A DNA stretch of 64,000 nucleotides from a virus: the IMG/VR virus record IMGVR_UViG_3300022538_000960, positions 1 through 64,000 of that record, one strand, 5' to 3'. Below are positions 56,266 to 64,000 of this stretch, one piece after another. A model generated the notes under the pieces. It was not told where the DNA came from. It did no database searches and saw nothing but the letters and a program-made list of their open reading frames with translations. The position numbers and the translations under genes were made by a program. Position 1 is the first letter of the stretch. Each line of letters opens with the position of its first letter.

Positions 56266-58524
56266 ATGAAAATTTCTGCGATAAACCTGACCGTTAATTC
56301 CATCAAGGTTTTGGAGAGAAGGTATCTTAAGAAGGACAAAAACGGAAAGGTCGACGAAACCCCAGAAGAGCTCTTCTGGAGGGTGGCTGAGGTTATATCT
56401 TCTGCGGATAAGGATTATGGAGCTACCGAATCTGAGATAAAGAAGGCCAAAGAAGAATTCTATGAGATGATGGCAAAGTTGGAATTTATGCCCAACTCCC
56501 CCACCCTGATGAATGCGGGTAGACCTCTGGGCCAGCTCTCCGCCTGCTTTGTCATACCGATCGAAGATACCATGGAATCCATCTTCACTGCGGTGAAGGA
56601 TACTGCCCTGATTCACAAAAGCGGAGGCGGAACCGGATTTTCATTCTCAAGATTAAGACCCAAAAATTCGCCTGTGGCATCCACCAGCGGGGTGGCTTCG
56701 GGTCCCATATCTTTCATGAAAGTTATCAATGCCGCAACTGAAGCGGTCAAGCAGGGAGGGACGCGACGTGGAGCTAACATGGCAATATTGAGGGTGGATC
56801 ATCCGGACATTCTGGAGTTTATCTGTTCCAAGGACGATCTGAAAGAACTTACCAATTTCAATATCTCTGTGGCTGTCACCGATGCCTTCACGAAGGCGAT
56901 GGAAAAGGATAAGTACTACGATTTGATCGATCCCCGCACCGGAAAAGAATACAATTTGAACGATAAACCAGTTCGGTATAGGGCCAAAGAGATCTTCGAC
57001 TTGATCGTGGAACATGCCTGGAGAACCGGTGAACCAGGGATGATGTTTCTGGATAAGATGAATCAGGGCAATCCCATTACCAAAGTTGGATTATATGAAT
57101 CCACCAACCCCTGCGGAGAGCAGCCCCTTTTGCCTTACGAAAGCTGTAACTTAGGATCCATCAATCTCTCCAAGATGCTTAAAGTCAGTGGTCAGTCGTC
57201 AGTGGTCAGTGATCAGACCCCACCCACCACTGTTATGGAGGTGGATTGGGACAAATTGGAAACCACGGTCAAAAAGGCGGTTCATTTTCTGGATAATGTG
57301 ATAGACGCCAACAATCATCCGCTTTCAGAAATTAAAAAGAACACCGAAGCCAATCGGAAAATCGGCTTGGGGGTGATGGGTTGGGCAGATATGTTGGTTC
57401 AGTTAAGGATTCCATATAATTCCACTGAGGCGGTGAAGTTAGCTGATAAGGTGATGGGATTTATCAAAGAAAAATCTCACCAGACTTCGTCTGAATTAGG
57501 AAAAGAAAGGGGCAACTTCCCCAATTGGGAGAAAAGCGTCTATTACGAGAAAAAAATCCCCATGCGCAATTCCACCGTTACCACCATTGCGCCGGCAGGA
57601 ACCATCAGCATCATCGCTGGTTGTTCCTCCGGGATTGAGCCGCTTTTTGCCATCTCCTACATCCGCACGGTGATGGACAACACCAAACTGGTGGAGGTAA
57701 ATCCCTTCTTTGAAGAAGAGGCGAAAAAGAGAGGTTTTGACACCAAGGATTTGATGAAGAAAATTGCCCAGAAGGGATCGATTCAGGATCCCGATTTCAT
57801 CGGGATTCCCGAGGACGTCAAAAAGGTATTTGTGGTTTCTCATGACATAGCACCGGAATGGCACGTGCGAATGCAGGCCGCTTTCCAGAAGTATACGGAC
57901 AATGCAGTTTCCAAGACTATAAACCTCCCCAACCAAGCCACGGTGGGGGACGTGGAGACTGCTTATAGATTAGCATACCAATTGGGTTGTAAGGGGGTGA
58001 CCATCTATCGGGATGGATCCAGAGAGGCACAAGTGTTATCCACCAAAAAGGAAAAAGAAAAAGAGCAGGAGAAAATCGCTCCCATGGAGAGACCGGCTTG
58101 CCTTTCCGGCATAACTGACAAGATTAAAACCGGATACGGGAATCTTTATGTGACCATCAACAGCTTAAATGGAAAGCCTTTTGAGGTTTTTGCCCAGATA
58201 GGAAAATCCGGATATTCCACCATGGCCGACACCGAAGCCATCTGCAGGTTGATCTCCCTGGCGCTTCGGAGCGGGATAAGTGTGGAAAAGACCATCGAGC
58301 AACTGATTGGAATTGGCGGCGCATCTCCCATCTATCAGGAGGGCGGACTGGTCATGTCCATCCCGGATGCCATTGCCAAAGTTTTGAATAAGCATTTTGG
58401 TAATGGCCAAAATGCCAATCACGATATAGATCTTACTATGGAATTCTGTCCCGACTGTGGAGCTAAATTGAATCGTGATTCTGGGTGTATTGTCTGCACT
58501 CAATGTGGATTTTCAAAATGTTAA
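56266..58524 (+). CDS. nrdJ: Class II (adenosylcobalamin-dependent) ribonucleotide reductase with TSCPD/Zn-ribbon C-terminus
   Basis: PNSPTLMNAG, LSACFV, GGGTGF, TNPCGEQPL, TIAPAGTIS, KGVTIYRDGSR and C-terminal CPDC..CTQC. Confidence 0.93.
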   Translation: MKISAINLTVNSIKVLERRYLKKDKNGKVDETPEELFWRVAEVISSADKDYGATESEIKKAKEEFYEMMAKLEFMPNSPTLMNAGRPLGQLSACFVIPIEDTMESIFTAVKDTALIHKSGGGTGFSFSRLRPKNSPVASTSGVASGPISFMKVINAATEAVKQGGTRRGANMAILRVDHPDILEFICSKDDLKELTNFNISVAVTDAFTKAMEKDKYYDLIDPRTGKEYNLNDKPVRYRAKEIFDLIVEHAWRTGEPGMMFLDKMNQGNPITKVGLYESTNPCGEQPLLPYESCNLGSINLSKMLKVSGQSSVVSDQTPPTTVMEVDWDKLETTVKKAVHFLDNVIDANNHPLSEIKKNTEANRKIGLGVMGWADMLVQLRIPYNSTEAVKLADKVMGFIKEKSHQTSSELGKERGNFPNWEKSVYYEKKIPMRNSTVTTIAPAGTISIIAGCSSGIEPLFAISYIRTVMDNTKLVEVNPFFEEEAKKRGFDTKDLMKKIAQKGSIQDPDFIGIPEDVKKVFVVSHDIAPEWHVRMQAAFQKYTDNAVSKTINLPNQATVGDVETAYRLAYQLGCKGVTIYRDGSREAQVLSTKKEKEKEQEKIAPMERPACLSGITDKIKTGYGNLYVTINSLNGKPFEVFAQIGKSGYSTMADTEAICRLISLALRSGISVEKTIEQLIGIGGASPIYQEGGLVMSIPDAIAKVLNKHFGNGQNANHDIDLTMEFCPDCGAKLNRDSGCIVCTQCGFSKC
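57184..57216 (+). repeat. Heptamer tandem repeat (GTCAGTS) inside nrdJ
   Basis: GTCAGTG GTCAGTC GTCAGTG GTCAGTG ATCAG, encoding VSGQSSVVSDQ. Confidence 0.85.
57788..57806. repeat. Short palindromic element inside nrdJ
   Basis: ATCCCGAT-TTC-ATCGGGAT, encoding PDFIG. Confidence 0.75.
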
Positions 58525-58536
58525 TGGGTGATTCTA

Positions 58537-61500
58537 ATGCCAATTATTTATGATCCGGAAGAAGATCAGTTTGTAGATCGGCACGGATATTTATTTCCAA
58601 CTGTCCTATTAGGTGGCGGGTTCCTGGCTTGGAAAAAATATTATGGATCTCCACAGCTTGGAAGGAAATTTTCGCCCCGAGCATTTGTAGGATTTGTTAA
58701 AGATTTAGACCCTCAAGATTATCTAAGGAAATATCTTACAAGACCAGACAAGCCAGAACTCCCTCTCCAACGTAGGTTGGTAGAAACTGCGGTAGAATAT
58801 GAAAAAAGCAAATCAGTAATAGAATTTCTCACCGATGCCGATATGAAAACTATTCACTCAATCGGCTCAGCTCTTCCGACTCCGATGAAAGCGGAAGAGA
58901 TAGAATTCAAGCGGCAGGTAATTAGACAATTTAATCCGGTAACTTATGACTTGGTAAGATCCAATGTGGAAAAAACCCAGGAGGTATTCAACGAGTTGCT
59001 TGAAAATGTTGAAGAATCTAAACATTTACAAAGTGTTCTTAAACAACAGCTTGAACGATATAGATTTAAAAAATCTCGCCTATTGATATATTCGAAATTT
59101 TCTGAAATTATCAGTCCGGAAATGCTGAAGAGCGAAGCTGGACATCCTGTTTTGATGAGACAGCTATGGGATATGCAGAAGAAACAAGTTCAGGAAGCTA
59201 GGAGATTGGCGCAGATATTACAAAATGAAACTCCGGAAACTATAGTAAACTTAAAGATTCCAAAAGTTTTGGAGCGCATTGATCCAACCACTATCATAGA
59301 CGAGAGACGAGCGAGACTCCAACCCGCAGGGAAAACGATTAGTGATACGGGCATCAAGTTATCTTATACAAATTATAAATCATTTCTTCAGGAACTCCGA
59401 AGAGCGAGGGTCGATTCCAAAGCTGTGGCTGCAATCGAATCTATAGACCCATTACTAAGGCAGCATCTAAATGAACTTGCCCATACAAAACCTCGAATTA
59501 CGTATGCCCTTCGCGATAATGCATTCAACTTACAGGCCGTGATTAAATTATCTATTCAAACTAAAGAGGAAGGCAAAAGGGAGATCATTAATCTGAAAAT
59601 TCCTCTTGCTCGTGGTGGGAGATTAAGAATCAATGGGACCGGGTACATCCCTCAGAGATACCGAGGCATTAAGCCGCTTATCCCAGAAATAGAACGAATT
59701 GAATCTGATATCTACGAGTCGGTGATTCGTAATTTGAATAAGAGATTCAAAAGTGAAGTTTGGCATAAAGTTATGGATGGAGATGCCCGTGGAGGTGAAC
59801 GATCCATTAATGCATTGATTAAGGAACCGATTGATGAAAGATTAATCATCGAATCGGGGCGCCCAGTCCATGATTTCATTGAGCAGAATATAATCCAGGA
59901 TGCTAGACTCGGCTATCTGTCGCCTACACGTGGATTCAGAACTGAAGATGAGCGGCGTGTGGTGCTTGATCGATTCAAAAAAATGCAAAAACTTAAATTA
60001 CTTCTATTGGAGGGTGGAGGAAAGTTAAAATTACCAAATAGATATGCATTTATAGATTTTGAAACATTCGGAACAAAAACGAATTACCTGCCGCATCAAG
60101 TGACCGTAGGTATAATTGAAAATGGCGCAGTCGTTGATTGGTATACAGGAAAAATCGATCCTCGAAGCATTAATACCAACTATGCTTTTCCGGAAGTTGA
60201 TTTGAAGTTGTCATTCAAGGGAAAAACGAGAGAACAAGTTATGAAGGAATTCGATGAAATTGGACAACCTATTAGTAAGATTCGGAGAGATTTGGAAGAA
60301 TTCCTGCGGAAAAATGCCAAAGGAGGAAAGCTTCCAGTTGCTGCTTGGAGTGCTGGATTCGATGTGGATCGGGTAATGGGGCAGCAATTCTTGGGGGCCA
60401 AAGCATATTTGGGAGAAACTTGGGATCCGATGGATCTCCAAAAAGCTATTGATCCAGATGTTCAAGCTTCAGTTTCTCTTAGATCCGTTGGGCGATCTCG
60501 TAAAATCTTTGTGCCAACTTCTTCGAAAAAAGATTTGATTCTTAATAAAAAAGTTATTGAATTATTTAAAAAGAATCGCAATTTAATGTCTATCTTGAAG
60601 GACAAAGATCCTGGATTTCATGGTAAGTTAATGAAGGCAGTTTCCGAAAAACAAATAAGGGATCTGGTAATGCACGAGGCATCAATTGATGTACTTGTAG
60701 CAAATAAGGTCTTTCAGGATATTGCGAAAGATATTAATTTGCATTCATCTGTAGTGATGCGTGATTTGAATGCAATGTTATTGTCTTATCATAGAGCCCT
60801 GACCCGCTCAATAAATCCAATAGGTATCAATCACTGGACAACCAGAGCACTGGGATCTAATTTCCCCTCACTTTCTCCAGCTCAAATTTTGCAAGGTAAA
60901 TTTACAAAATTTGATATCAGAGATTTAGCTCCCCTTACTAGGTTAGGCTTAGATCCAACACGGCCATTTTATCAACAATGGGTTTCAGCGCACTTAATTA
61001 CCAAAGATGTTCCCGACTTGATTACGAAAACGTATAAGAAGATTGCTGATAAGCATGGCGAGCTCTTTAAATCGATAGATACATTAACAATTTTTAATCC
61101 ATTAACTGCAGAAAGTGCAGGCCTAATAGATTTTCAGGCTGCGGATGAAATGGCAATTAAAATGGGGACAAAAGAGATTAGAATTCCGCATACGGGCAAA
61201 TTGAAGCTCATACCCGAACTCAGAGAATATTTTGAACAAATAAAATCAACAAGGAGTCCGAGAGAGCGTGAAATAGTTTTATCTAAATTAAGACAGAAAA
61301 TGGCGAAGTCATATCAAAAGGGATCTCATTTCCAGGAATGGTTGCCTGGGTATACCTTACTTGGAGAAGCAGAAGGATTTACATTTAATACCTCGACTCC
61401 ATTGATGTCAACAATCGAGAACATTGAATACAATAATGAGAACAAGGAAATAGCCATTCGTCTCCAGACGGCGAGCCGTCCTGAAAAGTATGGGCATCCA

Positions 61501-64000
61501 ATGAAAGTTTTTGCCCGTGAACATAAGGGGATGTTGACCCCTGTAGAGGGACTGAGATCCATTACATGGGTTGATGCGGTTCTTCGTAAAGATCTTGTAA
61601 AACGCGGTAGGATGTCATTTATGTTGGGGCAAATTCAGAGATTAACCAGGAATTTTCAAGCAATTCATTCGAAATTAACCCCAGCTCAGACATTTCAATT
61701 TTTCGAAACAGTTAAGACTTTTGTAAGTAAGATAAACTCGATGGGGGGAATTAAATTAGATTGGCAAGTTAACCGAGGCAAACTTCAATTTATAGATGAA
61801 ATAACAGGTAAAGAGTGGCAAAAATTGGATCTTGGGAAAATCGAAAAAAACTGGTTGCAATTTTCCGAAGGTGGATGGGTTAAATTCATGAAAGAATATT
61901 CCCAAAAGATCCGGCATATGATGATTTCGTTTGGAGTTAAATATTCTAGGCATGATCCTCGCCTGCCCTATTGGACTCAGGGCCAAATTGAATCGATGTT
62001 ATCGACTGAGTGGGGTCGACGATTCCCCAAAAAGTTAGTGTTTGCTGATCTGTCCCGGGCTGAACAAAATGCATTCCGAGAGAAAATAGAGGTAGAAATG
62101 CATGATCAGCTATCAAAAAGTGAATTATCCAAGTTTTTTACCAAAGCAGAATTAGAGCGATGGAAATCCGGAACCTTAATGAAAGGTCATCTTTCTTTGA
62201 TTCAGCTCTTTGGTGGTTCTTGGGGGGTTTTAGAAGTTACCCCAGCATCGAGGGCATATGAGGCCGGCGAATTATACGCAAAGGGAACCGATGTTGCAAT
62301 TCCTCGTCTAAGTGAATTAGTTATATCAGGACCAGTTGGACAAAGATTGGCGCGATCATTTACCCCCCAGCAACGTGATATGATGAATTATATGTCAAAC
62401 ATTCAACCCCTTTTAAGATATGGTGTTTTGCCGGAATCCCATTATCCGATTGTAAAAGCTTCGGAAATAAATCTTGACCCTATGACAACTCACTTGGGAT
62501 TTAAGCAAGAAGTTGGGATTATAGAAGATAAATCCTTCAGAATTAAGTGTGTTGAAACTGGAGAAATTTTTAATTCTCTCGAAGAAGTTCCTGGCCGTTA
62601 TTTGAAACAATATACACTGAGGCCCATGGGCATGAATGCCTATATGCATCCTAAAACTTTGGAATCATTGTACGGACAGCAGCCAACCATAGCAGAATTT
62701 AATATAGGGAAGAAGACAGTTTATGTTCCCAGACCAGCATTATCATTTATTCGGGGTGCCCCAGCGAAAGTTACAAAGAGTGGGGACCCTTATACAATAG
62801 TTGGGAAGGAAATCCAAACATTTAAAAACCTCTTTGTGATGGCTGCCGATTATAAGTTAATCGAAGATAAAGAGGCGAAGAAACTTGCCGAACGGGAATT
62901 TTTTGCAAGAGTTGAAGATTATAGAAATATGTTATTGACCGATAAGTCCGCCTATATAAAACTTACCAAGCCGACTATTCCAGGAGTACAAGGTAAAATT
63001 TCCATGGCATTCCCTCCAGGAATGGCCAAGGCATTGGGATTGCCGCAGGATATGTTCGCTCATATAACTACGGGATTTGGAGTCCAGGGTGTGTCCATGG
63101 AGTCGATTGGAGAGGAGTATTTTAATAAGGCCATGGATGCTCACCAGATAAAAATCGGGCCAGACACCGGAAAATTTAGGGGTGGCACAGGATCGATTTA
63201 TCCAAATAAATTGGCATTTAGAGAGTCCCTTAGTAAAGGCGAGGAACTGCTGGCTGGGACCCTTATTCGAATCCCACCAGAAAGTAAATTCGCAGCTTTT
63301 GATACGTTAATTGACGTCAGAAGGGATCAAGCCGCTGGGATGCGTCTTCAGCTTAGAGAGGCTATGATGGCCCATTTCGATTTTGACGGGGATATTGCGC
63401 CACTAGGATTTGCGAATCTTACACCGGAAGACCAGGAGCAGGTTTTGAAGGATCTTGTGAATAAGCAACATATTGATCGCGAGGCACATAAAACATTAGC
63501 TGAAAGAATAAAAAAGTTGCATGCCAATGTTCTTGAATATGAAACCAGCAAAGATGCTGCAACCAAGAAGCAACTTGTCAAAGAGCTTGAGCAAATTCAA
63601 GAACTCGAAAAGACAATGAATGTCAATGTCTATGGCCAGGGTATTTGGGTGAGGGAAGCCAAGCCGGGAGTAACTCCAAAGGAAATTAAATTAGGAGTTG
63701 GCGATGAGATGAGGTTCCGGAAGATGAATTTGCACCAGTTTATGAAGGGATTACCATCTATTGATCTTCCAGGAAAGTTGATTAGCCTTCCGGGTGAAGA
63801 ATTGGAGCTACATCTTTCTAATATGCTTACAAAGACGGCTACAGCGTATTCTTATCGAGAAACAATGAGAATGAGAGCGTCCGGCAGATTATTTGGCGGA
63901 AAGTTGACCCAACAATACTTGGATTTGTATGATCAACTGGTTGGGAAAGTTACCGCATTCAAAAAAATTCCGCTTGCGGATGCAGAGGCTTTGACTCGGG
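58537..64000 (+). CDS. Giant single-chain two-barrel (DPBB) polymerase with fused DEDDh exonuclease; putative virion RNA polymerase (partial, >1821 aa, not in ORF track)
   Basis: Stop-free frame from ATG 58537. Exonuclease motifs FIDFETFG (60055), AWSAGFD (60361) and HEASID (60673-60690). Polymerase motifs MKVFAREHKG (61501), LIRIP (63268) and HFDFDGD (63373-63393). Confidence 0.8.
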   Translation, partial: MPIIYDPEEDQFVDRHGYLFPTVLLGGGFLAWKKYYGSPQLGRKFSPRAFVGFVKDLDPQDYLRKYLTRPDKPELPLQRRLVETAVEYEKSKSVIEFLTDADMKTIHSIGSALPTPMKAEEIEFKRQVIRQFNPVTYDLVRSNVEKTQEVFNELLENVEESKHLQSVLKQQLERYRFKKSRLLIYSKFSEIISPEMLKSEAGHPVLMRQLWDMQKKQVQEARRLAQILQNETPETIVNLKIPKVLERIDPTTIIDERRARLQPAGKTISDTGIKLSYTNYKSFLQELRRARVDSKAVAAIESIDPLLRQHLNELAHTKPRITYALRDNAFNLQAVIKLSIQTKEEGKREIINLKIPLARGGRLRINGTGYIPQRYRGIKPLIPEIERIESDIYESVIRNLNKRFKSEVWHKVMDGDARGGERSINALIKEPIDERLIIESGRPVHDFIEQNIIQDARLGYLSPTRGFRTEDERRVVLDRFKKMQKLKLLLLEGGGKLKLPNRYAFIDFETFGTKTNYLPHQVTVGIIENGAVVDWYTGKIDPRSINTNYAFPEVDLKLSFKGKTREQVMKEFDEIGQPISKIRRDLEEFLRKNAKGGKLPVAAWSAGFDVDRVMGQQFLGAKAYLGETWDPMDLQKAIDPDVQASVSLRSVGRSRKIFVPTSSKKDLILNKKVIELFKKNRNLMSILKDKDPGFHGKLMKAVSEKQIRDLVMHEASIDVLVANKVFQDIAKDINLHSSVVMRDLNAMLLSYHRALTRSINPIGINHWTTRALGSNFPSLSPAQILQGKFTKFDIRDLAPLTRLGLDPTRPFYQQWVSAHLITKDVPDLITKTYKKIADKHGELFKSIDTLTIFNPLTAESAGLIDFQAADEMAIKMGTKEIRIPHTGKLKLIPELREYFEQIKSTRSPREREIVLSKLRQKMAKSYQKGSHFQEWLPGYTLLGEAEGFTFNTSTPLMSTIENIEYNNENKEIAIRLQTASRPEKYGHPMKVFAREHKGMLTPVEGLRSITWVDAVLRKDLVKRGRMSFMLGQIQRLTRNFQAIHSKLTPAQTFQFFETVKTFVSKINSMGGIKLDWQVNRGKLQFIDEITGKEWQKLDLGKIEKNWLQFSEGGWVKFMKEYSQKIRHMMISFGVKYSRHDPRLPYWTQGQIESMLSTEWGRRFPKKLVFADLSRAEQNAFREKIEVEMHDQLSKSELSKFFTKAELERWKSGTLMKGHLSLIQLFGGSWGVLEVTPASRAYEAGELYAKGTDVAIPRLSELVISGPVGQRLARSFTPQQRDMMNYMSNIQPLLRYGVLPESHYPIVKASEINLDPMTTHLGFKQEVGIIEDKSFRIKCVETGEIFNSLEEVPGRYLKQYTLRPMGMNAYMHPKTLESLYGQQPTIAEFNIGKKTVYVPRPALSFIRGAPAKVTKSGDPYTIVGKEIQTFKNLFVMAADYKLIEDKEAKKLAEREFFARVEDYRNMLLTDKSAYIKLTKPTIPGVQGKISMAFPPGMAKALGLPQDMFAHITTGFGVQGVSMESIGEEYFNKAMDAHQIKIGPDTGKFRGGTGSIYPNKLAFRESLSKGEELLAGTLIRIPPESKFAAFDTLIDVRRDQAAGMRLQLREAMMAHFDFDGDIAPLGFANLTPEDQEQVLKDLVNKQHIDREAHKTLAERIKKLHANVLEYETSKDAATKKQLVKELEQIQELEKTMNVNVYGQGIWVREAKPGVTPKEIKLGVGDEMRFRKMNLHQFMKGLPSIDLPGKLISLPGEELELHLSNMLTKTATAYSYRETMRMRASGRLFGGKLTQQYLDLYDQLVGKVTAFKKIPLADAEALTR

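Noticed and set aside
60180-63581. Short minus-strand ORFs in the track that make this region look gene-poor
   Set aside because: They lie antisense to the continuous plus-strand polymerase ORF starting at 58537.
1-64000. Stop-codon reassignment
   Set aside because: Genes are full length in code 11, and both TAG and TGA terminate well-defined genes. Only one small ORF has an internal TGA.
1-64000. tRNA, rRNA, integrase or transposase genes
   Set aside because: None was recognisable by eye; tRNAscan-SE would be needed to exclude tRNAs formally.

Overview
This is a segment of a large, AT-rich tailed dsDNA phage genome with a contractile (myovirus-type) tail, read in the standard genetic code. 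(1) 1-3900, minus strand: an early-type cluster of tiny genes with very strong Shine-Dalgarno sites. It includes two SSB-like OB-fold proteins, a miniature SRAP-like protein, a zincin and an HNH nuclease, plus GC-rich hairpin and G-tract elements. (2) 4200-20424, plus strand: a trypsin-like protease, membrane proteins, a PorV/PorQ-family outer-membrane barrel and a 12.7-kb soluble glycan-synthesis cluster. The cluster holds a 4,6-dehydratase, a DegT aminotransferase, an acetyltransferase, a pyruvyltransferase, 7 GT2 glycosyltransferases and 3 methyltransferases. (3) 20438-27616: resolvase, nucleases, an M15 endolysin, an AAA+ ATPase and small basic proteins. (4) 27627-50143: terminase, portal, protease/scaffold, capsid, neck, sheath, three tube-like proteins and chaperones. 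(5) 50230-64000: a ~2000-aa tape-measure-position protein with a Cas4-like domain, a class II ribonucleotide reductase with host-like composition, and a >1821-aa ORF (58537 to the window end) that the ORF track missed. Hand translation of that ORF shows a DEDDh 3'-5' exonuclease fused to a single-chain two-barrel polymerase (KxxxxxxKG, RxP and DFDGD motifs), a candidate virion-packaged RNA polymerase. All assignments come from motif recognition by eye; no searches were run.
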